DNA of 64,000 nt, taken from NCBI GenBank assembly GCA_963790475.1, contig CAWBOS010000010.1, forward strand, positions 1,568,001 to 1,632,000. Reading direction: 5' to 3'. Below, one piece after another: positions 1 to 9,895 of the stretch. The notes under the pieces were generated by a model that saw only the letters and a list, made by a program, of their open reading frames with translations, had not been told where the DNA came from and did not search any database. The position numbers and the translations under genes were made by a program. How positions within the stretch are numbered: the first letter of the stretch is position 1; every line of letters starts with the position of its first letter. Source of the DNA: an uncultured delta proteobacterium. GTDB taxonomy: Bacteria; Desulfobacterota; RBG-13-43-22.

Positions 1-28
1 TTCTTATAGAAAAACGACTTTTTATTCT

Positions 29-57
29 TTGACAAAACCAGTTGAATTTATTATATT
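29..57 (+). promoter_or_regulatory. sigma70-like promoter
   Basis: TTGACA-17 bp-TATATT upstream of ORF 98. Confidence 0.5.
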
Positions 58-97
58 ATTAGCCAAATTTAAATAAGTTGCTGAAATAAGGATATTT

Positions 98-745
98 ATG
101 GATACCAGGCCTCCGAAAGGTCGATTTCATTATAGGAGGGAGGAATTAGCCTCACGTTGTGGACAAGCTTTTTCTTACTTTACAATCAATGGTACTTTCA
201 GCAGAGGAAGAACCTGTAAAAATTGGTCTTTCCCTCTTTGTGTCGAAATCAAGGTTAATGAAATCATTGAATGTCTGGAACAGAACATAACTGGACCAAA
301 TGTTTTTGTGTCAAAGATTTGGCTTACCAAAAAAAGATTAAGTAATTGGATAGAGGAAAGCAAGCCGGGGAAAGTATCGAATTTTTTTTACTACGCGTTT
401 CAGAGGTGTCACGAGAATACTCTCTTGATCTCAAGTCATAGTTTTCCAATCGAATATAAACGTCGTTCTAAAATTGGGTGTCTAAAAGAGCTTAGAGCCT
501 ATCTACTGGAGCATCACATTGAAATAGAAAGAACTTCTCGTTCACTGATAAGTTCAAATTATGAGAAGGAGCCTCCATTTATTTTAGCGAAACTACCTAA
601 GAATTCTGAAAGAGAATCGGAATATAAAAAACTTAGGACAGATAAAGAAAAAGCTGAGTGGCTGTATGTTAACAGAGACATGATTAAGTTGTATCACATA
701 GGTAGACAATTGATAAGGGAACATCTCGGAGACCAGGCTTTATAA
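98..745 (+). CDS. hypothetical protein
   Basis: 215-aa AT-rich ORF with AAGGA RBS and promoter; no motif recognised. Confidence 0.55.
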   Translation: MDTRPPKGRFHYRREELASRCGQAFSYFTINGTFSRGRTCKNWSFPLCVEIKVNEIIECLEQNITGPNVFVSKIWLTKKRLSNWIEESKPGKVSNFFYYAFQRCHENTLLISSHSFPIEYKRRSKIGCLKELRAYLLEHHIEIERTSRSLISSNYEKEPPFILAKLPKNSERESEYKKLRTDKEKAEWLYVNRDMIKLYHIGRQLIREHLGDQAL

Positions 746-831
746 GATGATGATCTGCGAAGGAGGACTTCTCATACCTCTTGCAAATAGAACCCATCCG
801 GGCTAATCTTGCCCATCTTGCGGAGGTCAGA

Positions 832-1380
832 ATGAGAAAACCCTTTACCCCTTTTTTCCTTTTTACGGTCCTTGTTTTATTACTCATTCCCTCCTTGTCC
901 TATTCCCTCAACCTGCCCCTGGCCAACATCCCCACCCAAGTCTATTTCAGCCCCCATGGAGGTTGCACTGAGGCTATTATCCGGGAGATCGACCGAGCCA
1001 AGGTGGAAATCCTGGTCCAAGCCTATTCTTTCACTTCCCAGCCTATAGCCAAGGCCCTCTTTGGAGCCCATAAACGGGGGGTAAAGGTTCAAGCCATTGT
1101 GGATAAAAGCCAGAGGTCCAAGAAATACACCTCCGCCACCTTCCTGGCTAACGTTGGCATCCCGACCTATATTGATCCTGCCCATGCCATCGCCCACAAT
1201 AAGGTTATGGTTATCGACCGAGAGACGGTTATCACCGGGTCGTTTAACTTCACCAGGGCGGCTGAGGAGAAGAATGCTGAAAACCTCTTGATCATCAAAT
1301 CCAAAGACCTGGCCAGGCCCTATATAGACAACTGGAACCAACATAGGGGGCATTCTGAGCCTTATCAGGCCAGGTATTAG
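832..1380 (+). CDS. secreted phospholipase D-family (Nuc-like) endonuclease
   Basis: Signal peptide, YFSP..GC, single HNKVMVID (HxKxxxxD), TGSFNFT..A...NAEN; GGAGG before ATG 832. Confidence 0.9.
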   Translation: MRKPFTPFFLFTVLVLLLIPSLSYSLNLPLANIPTQVYFSPHGGCTEAIIREIDRAKVEILVQAYSFTSQPIAKALFGAHKRGVKVQAIVDKSQRSKKYTSATFLANVGIPTYIDPAHAIAHNKVMVIDRETVITGSFNFTRAAEEKNAENLLIIKSKDLARPYIDNWNQHRGHSEPYQARY

Positions 1381-1760
1381 ATCTGTTTCATTCTTGAAGG
1401 TTAAAACCAGGTTGGTGAATAATTATTTCTCTCCTCCCGAGATCTCATTTGGCAGAAATCTTTTTCATTAATAAGGACCTCCTAAGCATCCTACACCTTA
1501 AACCTATACTTTGCCTTACAGAGGTCAAAGAAGTCGGCCTGTGGGAGATCCCCCAAAAAGACAGAAATAAGTATTGTTGACACGCAAATAATGTGATAAG
1601 TTATTAATATTTCTATTATCCAGATACCCGGGGACTAAATTCCCAAGATTGTATCCATGGGTAAAAAAATAGGAAAAACCAGGAGGTAATTTATATTGAT
1701 TTTAAGAATTATTTGATCTGATTGGAATAAGCATTTAACCTTAAATTAAGGAGGCTTACC

Positions 1761-2003
1761 ATGAAAAAATTAGTTAATATTTTTATCATTATGGTTTCCT
1801 TGATTCTAACCTTTACCCTCCCTGTACTTACCGAAGAAATTCAAAACATCGATTGTTTTCTTAAAGAAATTTCATTTACAAGTCCCCTTGCAGATCCCGA
1901 AAGGAGCGGGTGCTGTTCCTGGCATGGAGGAGTCTGCGGGTGCAGTTCGACTGGAAGAGTGATTTGTTGTGATGGAACCTTAAGCCCAAGTTGTACTTGC
2001 TAA
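1761..2003 (+). CDS. small secreted Cys-rich protein
   Basis: Signal peptide; C-terminal GCCSWHGGVCGC...CCDG..SPSCTC; AAGGAGG RBS. Confidence 0.75.
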   Translation: MKKLVNIFIIMVSLILTFTLPVLTEEIQNIDCFLKEISFTSPLADPERSGCCSWHGGVCGCSSTGRVICCDGTLSPSCTC

Positions 2004-2019
2004 GAAAGAGAGGCTAAAT

Positions 2020-2295
2020 ATGAAAAGGATTATCATTTTAACTTTGGCGATTATTCTGTTAGTTCCTGCAATAACCTTTGGTGCCAGTGTACGTGGATAT
2101 TGGCGAGATTCAAACCACGACGGAATAAAAGACACCTATGTCCAGCCATACCAACGAACCAATCCCAACAATACCCTACGGGATAATTATAATTATCCCG
2201 GAAATTATAATCCCAATACGGACAGAATCACACCTGGGGATCCCTATAATTACGAGCGAAGCCATCAAAATAAAAGCAATAGATATGGTTGGTAA
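2020..2295 (+). CDS. small secreted protein (VRGY...YVQPY.RT.PN family)
   Basis: Signal peptide; VRGYWR...YVQPYQRTNPN...DNY..PGNYNP motif typical of small mobile-element proteins. Confidence 0.75.
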   Translation: MKRIIILTLAIILLVPAITFGASVRGYWRDSNHDGIKDTYVQPYQRTNPNNTLRDNYNYPGNYNPNTDRITPGDPYNYERSHQNKSNRYGW

Positions 2296-2338
2296 GTTCT
2301 ATTAATAAAAATTAAATCCTTACTGAAGGAGATCAATC

Positions 2339-2545
2339 ATGGCACAGTGTCCAGAATGCGATTCTGTTGCAGTATTTTCCATCCCAACCAGAGGGAACGG
2401 TAAATGTTCAAGGTGTCACGGTGATGGTAAAAAATTGTTGTCGGGTCTGAACGAAGCTATTTTTGATACACCGCTGGAGTGTGAGAATTGTGGAGGTTCA
2501 GGGGAGTGCCCTACTTGCGGAGGAACAGGCGAAATTGACGATTAG
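2339..2545 (+). CDS. small DnaJ-type CxxCxGxG zinc-finger protein
   Basis: Four CxxC pairs, three followed by xGxG; AAGGAG RBS. Confidence 0.7.
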   Translation: MAQCPECDSVAVFSIPTRGNGKCSRCHGDGKKLLSGLNEAIFDTPLECENCGGSGECPTCGGTGEIDD

Positions 2546-2674
2546 ACTAATAGGAAAACTAATTATGGCCATTTCTGTTAGTGATGATACCTGCTTCACT
2601 TATTTCCGCCTACTTTCTATATTTATTTATTGACTAAAAGGGGCCTCTTACTATTCCAGGTATCCTAATAACGA

Positions 2675-2929
2675 GTGATACAGGGCTGGGGTCCCCAATT
2701 TCATCCATATGGTATAGCCATAACGCCAGACGCCTCGGTGTGGTACAGCGAATCCGGCCTAAATTCAAATACCATTGTTCGATTCGATCCCTCCTCAAAG
2801 GGATTCCAAAGTTGGCCGATACCGTCTGGATGTGGTACGGTGCGAAACATGGTATCCACTCTGGAAGAAAGTCTTTACATTGTCTGTAGTGGGGTCAACA
2901 AGGTGGGGATCGTCAAAATCGAGCGTTAA
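2675..2929 (+). pseudogene. C-terminal fragment of virginiamycin B lyase (Vgb)-like beta-propeller
   Basis: PYGIAITPD..VWYSESG...NTIVRFDP..FQSWPIPSG.G.VRNM; only about two blades, no N-terminus. Confidence 0.7.
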
Positions 2930-3015
2930 TTATATTGACAAAAAAGCATCATCTTGGTGTCAAGATAAGCGTGGAAGTTACCATTACGCAGTCAGATTTG
3001 GTTTAAAGGTGAATC

Positions 3016-3459
3016 ATGGATATCTATGAAGAAATGGCGATGTATTTTGTGACGGCAAATAAAGAAACCTTTGTTTCTCCCCAATATGACATTGGAAACG
3101 GTTGGAGTTGTCCCGACTTTGTGGCAATGAGACCCCCGAAAAGAACTGTCTATATTGTTGAGGTATCTGCTGGAGGAAACCTGTCGGGGCTTGCTGAGAA
3201 GGTACTCAATTACGAGGGGCATTGGCTTAACCCACTTCGGGAGCACCTAATGGCTCTTAATCTCGTCGATTCTGACTGGTCTTTTAAGGTGCTTGTGTTC
3301 ATACGGCGAGACCAACTCAAATGGTTCAAGACCACGGTAGACAGTTCTAAAGGAGTTGTAATTATCTGCCTGGAGGATGTATTTAAACACTGGCTCTGGG
3401 ACAACAAAGTCTGGACTGGTGACTTTTTATTTGGAAAGGATTCGATAAAAAGGAAATAA
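3016..3459 (+). CDS. putative PD-(D/E)XK-fold nuclease-like protein
   Basis: PDFVAM.....VYIVEVS pattern; RBS AAAGGTGA. Confidence 0.55.
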   Translation: MDIYEEMAMYFVTANKETFVSPQYDIGNGWSCPDFVAMRPPKRTVYIVEVSAGGNLSGLAEKVLNYEGHWLNPLREHLMALNLVDSDWSFKVLVFIRRDQLKWFKTTVDSSKGVVIICLEDVFKHWLWDNKVWTGDFLFGKDSIKRK

Positions 3460-3650
3460 TGGCTGAAAAACTTGATCCCAAGAAAGTAGTTGACTATAAA
3501 GAACTCCTGATGAGCAATGTCTATGAACAAGAGGCCCTGATCAATCTTCTGGAGAAGAAAGGGCTCATTACCAAAGCCGAACTGCTCGAAGAGATAAGGG
3601 ATCTCCATCAAAAGATGCCAAGAGGTAAAAAGGTAATCAAAGAAACTTAA
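3459..3650 (+). CDS. conserved small hypothetical protein
   Basis: Coupled to the upstream gene (TAATG); EALINLLEKKGLITKAELLEEI helix. Confidence 0.65.
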   Translation: MAEKLDPKKVVDYKELLMSNVYEQEALINLLEKKGLITKAELLEEIRDLHQKMPRGKKVIKET

Positions 3651-3775
3651 CGGGTTGGAGGATCAGTCGTCTCCTTGTTCCCGGATTTTATTTCGCAACG
3701 AGAATGGTGATTTTCTCAGACTGATATTTAGTAAAATTCGCTTATACCATTGAAGACACCCCAAACCATCGGCTT

Positions 3776-4513
3776 TCATTTCTTTTTTGATGTCTTTCTT
3801 CCACTACAAAATGGACATCCACTTCCATGGCTTCTGTTGGAGATAGTCGCTTTCCATTCATGACCTTTTGAACAGATCCACCATGCTTTTTTGTTTGATC
3901 CAGAGACGGCATCTTCAGGAATTAAACCTCCATTTTTAGTGGGATGCCACTCCTTCGCTATTCCAGGGTTGTAGGATGTCAAATTAAATGGGCATATTTT
4001 TTTAAATTATGTGGTATCGACTTTTTCCAATTAGGAGGCATTAATTCGCTTAGGTACTTTGGGTTGCGCTGAAATTCATGGCAGTAAGTTTTTATTCTCC
4101 CTTAGATTTCAAGATCCTTGAGGTTACTGCCATAAATTTCAGCGCTTGAATAAAGACCATATTAGTTGAAAAAAAAGGCCAGTCATTCTGAATAAAAAGG
4201 GCCGTTTTTAGGCACTATAATTTGAAAAACAACAAGGGTTAACAGTTTTGAGACAATTTTCCTTACAAACTCGATGACCTGAACAGAATGGACAATTCCA
4301 ACCCCGGACAGTTCTATAATGAACCAATGTTTCATACTCGTGACCATTTGGACACATCCACCAGGCAAGCTTGCAGGCCCTGGCTTTGATCTCTTTGGGG
4401 GTCAAGCTTCCATTTTTGGAGGGATGCCATTCTTTGGCTAAAGCAGGGTATAAATATTCAAGACTTTCTTCTTCTGATTTTGCATTCCAGGTTGGCACTG
4501 TAATTTCCCCCAA
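3776..4513 (-). pseudogene. tandem zinc-ribbon (DUF4379-like) protein interrupted by an insertion
   Basis: Two EWHP.KNG...WW.C..GHE...R..G..CPFCSG repeats; removing 3970-4234 plus one AGGGT restores in-frame KTVNP|GIAKEWHP. Confidence 0.85.
3970..4234. mobile_element. 265-bp non-autonomous mini-transposon (TGT...ACA, 5-bp TSD AGGGT)
   Basis: TSD at 3965-3969 and 4235-4239; ends TGTAGGATGTCAAATTA / TAATTTGAAAAACAACA; iterated subterminal motifs. Confidence 0.85.
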
Positions 4514-4677
4514 AAGATATTATAATTATTGACTTTTTACCAATTGAAGGGTAGAAAATCAATAGTAAAGTGAAGAAGTTCTCTTGTTGGCAACCTTTGA
4601 GAGAGGGAATAATATAATTGAAAAACCCACCCCTCAACCGTTAGCCTCACCATCTTAATCTAAATTAGAGGTCTTTT

Positions 4678-4944
4678 GTGAAAGACGAATTAGTTTTGAG
4701 TCAACTTGAAGGCCTGGCCTATAAGCTGGGAATAACCATACGCCATGACAAGGTCATACGAGATGAATCATCCGGTAGAGGAGGGCTCTGTCGGATAAGA
4801 GGGGATTACGTTTTGTTTATTGACTCCCAGGCAACAACAAAAGAGAAGATTCGGGTCTCCATAGAGGCCTTAAAACAGTTCAACTTGGCTGACATTCAGG
4901 TCATGCCGCTTATCCGGGACCTCCTGGATGGTCCTAAAGAATAA
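4678..4944 (+). CDS. conserved hypothetical protein
   Basis: LEGLAYKLGI.IR...GGLCRIRG..VLFID pattern; GAGG RBS. Confidence 0.65.
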   Translation: MKDELVLSQLEGLAYKLGITIRHDKVIRDESSGRGGLCRIRGDYVLFIDSQATTKEKIRVSIEALKQFNLADIQVMPLIRDLLDGPKE

Positions 4945-5076
4945 TTGGGAAAATAAGGATAAGACCTGATGGGAACTTGAAGGTGATTTAGCGAGTAGTT
5001 CCTCTTACTGAAGTCCTTATAGGTCTAAAAACATGATGGCTGATATTGAATCGAGAAATATTTCAGAAAGGACATA

Positions 5077-5532
5077 ATGTTTTCTAAGATTATCTCCGGT
5101 GGCCAGACCGGTGTTGACCGAGCGGCTCTCGATGTGGCCCTGGAACTCGGTATTCCTTGTGGGGGCTGGTGTCCCAAAGGACGAAAGGCTGAGGATGGCC
5201 CTATTGACCCCAAGTATCCCCTTCAAGAAACGCTCTCCCCCAATTACCAGCATAGGACGGAGAAGAATCTAAGGGAAGCTGATGGCACCCTTATTCTAAC
5301 CAAGGGACCGGTTAGCGGGGGAACTTCCTTTACAGTCCAGTTGGCCGTTGAATACAAAAAACCCCACCTGATAATTGACTTTGACGACAAAATAGACCCA
5401 CAAATGGTCAGGGCCTGGGGAGAGAAAAACAAGATTGAAATTCTCAACGTGGCCGGACCACGGGAAAGCAAGGTTCCGGAGATTCATGACCGAGCGGTTG
5501 AATTTCTCAAAAAGGTCTTAACAGGACTATGA
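5077..5532 (+). CDS. putative molybdenum carrier / SLOG-family protein
   Basis: KIISGGQTGVDRAALD, GGWCPKGR.AEDG, LNVAGPRES. Confidence 0.9.
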   Translation: MFSKIISGGQTGVDRAALDVALELGIPCGGWCPKGRKAEDGPIDPKYPLQETLSPNYQHRTEKNLREADGTLILTKGPVSGGTSFTVQLAVEYKKPHLIIDFDDKIDPQMVRAWGEKNKIEILNVAGPRESKVPEIHDRAVEFLKKVLTGL

Positions 5533-6485
5533 GAATACTCCTCATTATTATTGCCATTCTGGTTTGCATAGTCGTTGGATTTATTTTAATAACCTATCCA
5601 GGTTATCATCGTGAAATGCAGGGGGCTCGCGACCGTCTGTTAGCTGGTAGCAAAGTCTTGAAAACAGATCAAGGAGATATCGAGTATTCAGTAATTGGAC
5701 AAGGGACGCCGATCCTCTTGATACATGGTGCAGGGGGCGGTTATGACCAGGGTCTATGGGCTGGCAAGATTTTTCTCGGTCAGACTGGTTACCAGTTCAT
5801 CTCGGTTTCGCGATTTGGTTATCTTCGCTCGCCGATTCCGGGGCAAGCTTCGATGGAAGCACAGGTTTCATTGTACAGTTCTCTCTTAGATCATTTGAAT
5901 ATCAAACGCGTAATTGTTATTGGCATATCAGCGGGAGGACCTTCAGCCACACAGTTTGCCAATGACTTTCCAAATAAATGTTCAGCACTGATACTGCTGT
6001 CCGCAGTAAGGAAGACTCTAACTCCTGGCGGTAAAGATCCATTTTTCATTAATATTATCCATCTCATCCAGCAATCTGATTATGCTTATTGGCTTTTCAC
6101 CAAGTTCATGCGGTCTCTAATCCTTAATCTCATGGGCATTCCTTCTAAAGTGTACGATAATTTTACCCCTGAACAGAAGGATCTCGCTCAGGAAATGCTG
6201 GACATAATGCACCCCATGAGCCAAAGATATAAGGGTACGATCAACGATGGTAAAATGATCCCTCCTGACGGGGTGCCGACAAACAATATCTCAGCACCTA
6301 CGCTAATTATACATGCCAAAGACGATGCATTGGTAAGCTACTCTCACGCCGAGAATGCTCATCAAAGAATTAAACGGTCGAAACTAATCCTACTTGACAC
6401 TGGGGGCCATGCGATGCTTTCTCAAAGAGACAAAGTCCGGGATTATATGAGAGGTTTTTTAAGGGATATTCCCGAAATCAGATAA
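5529..6485 (+). CDS. membrane-anchored alpha/beta hydrolase
   Basis: N-terminal TM; HGAGGG, GISAGG nucleophile elbow, H..DD, GGH. Confidence 0.9.
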   Translation: MRILLIIIAILVCIVVGFILITYPGYHREMQGARDRLLAGSKVLKTDQGDIEYSVIGQGTPILLIHGAGGGYDQGLWAGKIFLGQTGYQFISVSRFGYLRSPIPGQASMEAQVSLYSSLLDHLNIKRVIVIGISAGGPSATQFANDFPNKCSALILLSAVRKTLTPGGKDPFFINIIHLIQQSDYAYWLFTKFMRSLILNLMGIPSKVYDNFTPEQKDLAQEMLDIMHPMSQRYKGTINDGKMIPPDGVPTNNISAPTLIIHAKDDALVSYSHAENAHQRIKRSKLILLDTGGHAMLSQRDKVRDYMRGFLRDIPEIR

Positions 6486-6525
6486 ACGAATCTTGGTGTA
6501 ACAGGATAATTTCCTCTAAGAGTCA

Positions 6526-6894
6526 ATGATTGATATTCCTCTATTAGACAATGATTACCGGGAAGCCTTTCTCTACCTGATGGATGAAATCAATACTGTA
6601 ATGTCCTGTTCAGATAATAAGGAACCCTGGTATCCCAGAGATGCGGAAAAATTAGAAGAGGCCTTGCGGGTTTATAGACAATGGCATCCGGATCCAGATA
6701 AAAACGCTATTCTTAACTTCCCTTGGCCAAAGCCTGGGGGTATCCCCAAAGTCCCGGCCGATTATTTAAAACCTACCGATGAAGAAAAAAAGAAGGTTAA
6801 GGATTTTATAGCCGAAAATGAAGGTCCTGAAATGGACCCGTTTACAGAAGGGATAGTTCAACTGGCTAAGGAGTTATTGCAAGAGATTCATTAA
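6526..6894 (+). CDS. hypothetical protein
   Basis: 122-aa ORF in line with its neighbours. Confidence 0.55.
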   Translation: MIDIPLLDNDYREAFLYLMDEINTVMSCSDNKEPWYPRDAEKLEEALRVYRQWHPDPDKNAILNFPWPKPGGIPKVPADYLKPTDEEKKKVKDFIAENEGPEMDPFTEGIVQLAKELLQEIH

Positions 6895-6907
6895 AAGAGA
6901 TAGGAGG

Positions 6908-7795
6908 TTGCTGAACATGAATAGATCATTAAACGTTAGATGTATCTTAGGTTTGGCATTTTTAATTCTTTTCTATTTTGATCAGGTGGCCAAGCCTGAA
7001 ACCATGGATGAAGTATTTCAGACTGTTGCCTATCTCCAAGGGAAGGGAGAAGTAGAACGCACCCCAATTGATGGTACTGAGTATGAAATCTGGTTAAAGG
7101 CTCCGAGCGAAACTCAACCTCACCCTTACAGAAAAAGTAATTCTGGGACAGGGTTTTTCGTCAGAAAAGGTTCTCAAATATATCTCATCACCGCAGAACA
7201 CGTGGCAACAGGTCTCAAATACGATGTGAAAGTCACCGTCCATGGTCCAGACGATAAACCATTGACCTATGACATTAAAGACCTGACAGGACCTGGTAAA
7301 GGGCAATCTTGGTTCTATCATCCCGAAGCAGATGTAGCATTGCTATCGCTAAAGCCTTCAGAAGAATTCAAAGCCATAATAAAGGTCTTAGAGCCTAACA
7401 TGTTCTTAATGAATGAGAATGAATATAGCCAATATGAGAATCGTGTATTGACTACTGTTGGCTTCCCCCTCGCTTTAGGCCTGACCGGGAAATTCTCTCC
7501 TATTAAAAAGTCCTCCAAAGTAGCAAGTAATCTGTTTCGCCATAAAAGATTTGACAAGAACATTGAGACTACCTTTCTAATTATGGAAGATCCGACCGTG
7601 CAGGGTTTTAGCGGAGCACCCGTTTATGCTTTAAGCACAGTAAGTTTAGGAGGCGTGGCTTTTGGCACAGGCCGATTTGCTTGCATCGGCTTAGTTCACG
7701 GTACGCTCTCAGATAATACGGGTGGCAAGTTTGCAGCCGTGGTACCAGCATATTTCATTATCCAAACCATCGATAAATTTGAGGCTGGGAAATGA
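6908..7795 (+). CDS. trypsin-like serine protease
   Basis: GTGFF, ITAEHV (His), DVAL (Asp), GFSGAPV (Ser); N-terminal hydrophobic segment. Confidence 0.85.
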   Translation: MLNMNRSLNVRCILGLAFLILFYFDQVAKPETMDEVFQTVAYLQGKGEVERTPIDGTEYEIWLKAPSETQPHPYRKSNSGTGFFVRKGSQIYLITAEHVATGLKYDVKVTVHGPDDKPLTYDIKDLTGPGKGQSWFYHPEADVALLSLKPSEEFKAIIKVLEPNMFLMNENEYSQYENRVLTTVGFPLALGLTGKFSPIKKSSKVASNLFRHKRFDKNIETTFLIMEDPTVQGFSGAPVYALSTVSLGGVAFGTGRFACIGLVHGTLSDNTGGKFAAVVPAYFIIQTIDKFEAGK

Positions 7796-7799
7796 TTTG

Positions 7800-7862
7800 A
7801 ACTAACCAGCCGCTCCACCAGATCGCCAACGAACTCGTCTCCCAGTGACCGTCATGTTGTTG
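7800..7862 (+). other. degenerate integron attC-like site
   Basis: CTAAC-CAGCCGCTCCACCAGATCGCC...CTCCCAGTGACC...GTT a few bases after the protease stop codon. Confidence 0.45.
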
Positions 7863-8016
7863 GCTTTCAATCAGTAATACTTGGTTATTTATCCTTACGA
7901 AATCAACGAATAGTAGGTGAATTCCCCTACCTGAAATTATAGATCAATTGGCCAAGGATCTGATTCAGGAGGTCCATTAGGCATGATGAATGGAATACTC
8001 TTAAATAAAGAAGAAG

Positions 8017-8205
8017 GTGACAAAATCAATGGACCCTAAAAAGGAGCAGATAGTGTCTTTAGAGGAGGCTTTAATCGGGGTTAAAGATCAAAGGGAGGAG
8101 GCTTTCGTATTACTCAATGCCATTCCGGAAGTATACCTGCCAGATATAGTTGAGTATTTCCGAATATTGAGCGGGCTGAAGAAGTCCCCACCCCGATCTT
8201 GTTAG
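8017..8205 (+). CDS. small hypothetical protein, paralog of 17316-17507
   Basis: Shared L..ALIG....R.EAF.LLNA.PE.YLPDI.EY..IL.GL.K. Confidence 0.7.
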   Translation: MTKSMDPKKEQIVSLEEALIGVKDQREEAFVLLNAIPEVYLPDIVEYFRILSGLKKSPPRSC

Positions 8206-8214
8206 GTTTGACCG

Positions 8215-8655
8215 ATGAGCACCTTAGAACGAGCCGTGGTGATCGCAGCAGAGGCCCATGCCGGGCAGGTTGACAAGGCTGGGGCACCGTATATCCTCCA
8301 CCCTCTGAGGCTTATGCTCCAAATGGAAGAGCCCGAAGACCGCATTGTCGCTGTGCTGCATGACGTTGTAGAGGATACCAATTGGACCCTTCAACGGCTT
8401 CGTAAAGAAGGGTTCCCCCATGTGATCATAGATGCCATTGACTCGGTTACTTGGCGAAAATATGAAGATTACGAAGATTTTATCCAGAGGGCTGCACAGA
8501 ATCCGATAGGAAGTCGGGTGAAGCTTGCCGATCTTCGAGACAATTGTGACCTGAGTAGGATAGCGAACCCGAAGGAAGTCGATTTCAAGCGGGTCGCCAA
8601 GTACAGGGAGGCGATAAGGACGATTGAGAGGCATTCCCAGAGGAGTGCCCCTTAA
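8215..8655 (+). CDS. small HD-domain protein (RelA/SpoT hydrolase-like)
   Basis: H.GQ.DK.G.PYILHP, LHDVVED, VKLAD..DN. Confidence 0.9.
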   Translation: MSTLERAVVIAAEAHAGQVDKAGAPYILHPLRLMLQMEEPEDRIVAVLHDVVEDTNWTLQRLRKEGFPHVIIDAIDSVTWRKYEDYEDFIQRAAQNPIGSRVKLADLRDNCDLSRIANPKEVDFKRVAKYREAIRTIERHSQRSAP

Positions 8656-8777
8656 GGTTATGAATGTCAATGGGGGTGAACAGGGAATAATCTTGCATTT
8701 CCATAAATAATTACTTATAGCTATCCTGAAATTATCAATGTCTCCACGGAGAGACTCAATACCAAGGAGGGTTAACG

Positions 8778-8978
8778 ATGCCAGAAGGAAAAGTTAAATG
8801 GTTTAATGATTCAAAGGGATATGGTTTTATTGAGCAGGATGGGGGCAAGGACCTATTCGTACATCATTCCGCGATACAGGGAGAAGGTTTTAAATCGCTG
8901 GCCGAAGGTGATCGTGTCAGTTTCGATGTTGTCCAAGGTGCTAAGGGACCTGCTGCTGAGAATGTTCGTAAGCTGTAA
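8778..8978 (+). CDS. cold-shock protein
   Basis: [33 protein letters not shown]. Confidence 0.97.
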   Translation: MPEGKVKWFNDSKGYGFIEQDGGKDLFVHHSAIQGEGFKSLAEGDRVSFDVVQGAKGPAAENVRKL

Positions 8979-9095
8979 AAGTGATCATATAGGGGCTTTA
9001 ATGTTTTAGGCACCGCATTTTTCATTAGTGGTGATCATCGCCCCTAATAGACCAACTTTTAAAATGGAGTGTGAGATTTAGAGATTTCTTATATG

Positions 9096-9138
9096 AAGTC
9101 TCCAAAGGGGTCCAACCCTTGTGGAGGCTTTTAATTTT
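9096..9138 (+). terminator. probable intrinsic terminator
   Basis: AAGTCTCCAAAGGG...CCCTTGTGGAGGCTT hairpin followed by T-rich run. Confidence 0.5.
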
Positions 9139-9176
9139 TGAGTCTTTGACAAATCAAATTAAGGAGAAGGAGAACT

Positions 9177-9353
9177 ATGAAGAATGTTGAAATGACCGTG
9201 GAACAAAGCATCCTAACTATCAAAGTCGATCTTTCCAAAGAGTTCGGCCCGTCGTCTTCGGGAAAGACCATCATCATTGCATCCACTGAGGGGAATGTAT
9301 CAATTCCAGACAGGGAAGAAAAAGTCGGACTGAACGTATACCGAAAGAAATGA
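9177..9353 (+). CDS. conserved 58-aa hypothetical protein (not in ORF track)
   Basis: MKNVEMTVEQSILTIKVDLSKEFGPSSSGKTIIIASTEGN...GLNVYRKK; strong AAGGAG RBS. Confidence 0.8.
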   Translation: MKNVEMTVEQSILTIKVDLSKEFGPSSSGKTIIIASTEGNVSIPDREEKVGLNVYRKK

Positions 9354-9446
9354 GGGGTGATTAAGCTAATTATTAGCTGCCAGCGGCAAGTTAAAATCTA
9401 ATTTTTCGAAGAGGTGCGGTTTAAACCTTCCCGCAGGAGGAGAAAA

Positions 9447-9824
9447 ATGAGTCTTAAACCCAAAATTCTCTTATTATCCATCCTTATTCTCACCTTTGCC
9501 GTCTCTGTCTTCGCCCAGGAGACCGTCACCCCTGAAGATGCCGCCAAATTCATAGGGCAGCAAAAAACCGTATGCGGCACCGTAGCCAGTGCCCATCATG
9601 CCACTCGTAGCAAAGGCCAGCCAACCTTCTTAAATCTCAACAAGCCCTATCCCCACCCAATTTTTACAGTCCTCATTTGGGGCTCAGATCGGGACAAGTT
9701 TAAAGAACCTCCTGAACCCCTTTCTGGAAAGGAGGTCTGTGTTAGCGGGGTGATCCAAAGCTTCCATGGGAAACCCGAAATAATCGTTAAAGACCCGACA
9801 CAGATTAAGGCGAAGCAGATTTGA
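9447..9824 (+). CDS. secreted OB-fold nucleic-acid-binding protein
   Basis: Signal peptide; A..IGQ.KTVCG.V, PTFLNL.KPYP..FTV.IW, G.PEIIV.DP.QI. Confidence 0.8.
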   Translation: MSLKPKILLLSILILTFAVSVFAQETVTPEDAAKFIGQQKTVCGTVASAHHATRSKGQPTFLNLNKPYPHPIFTVLIWGSDRDKFKEPPEPLSGKEVCVSGVIQSFHGKPEIIVKDPTQIKAKQI

Positions 9825-9895
9825 TCATCCGCAAGATTTTCTATATAATAATAAAAAATAGAACACCGGTCCCGTCATTGGAGTCTTAATACACA

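Noticed and set aside
98-8655. A named anti-phage defence system
   Set aside because: PLD, PD-(D/E)XK-like, SLOG and HD proteins are present but scattered and do not form any defence operon I recognise.
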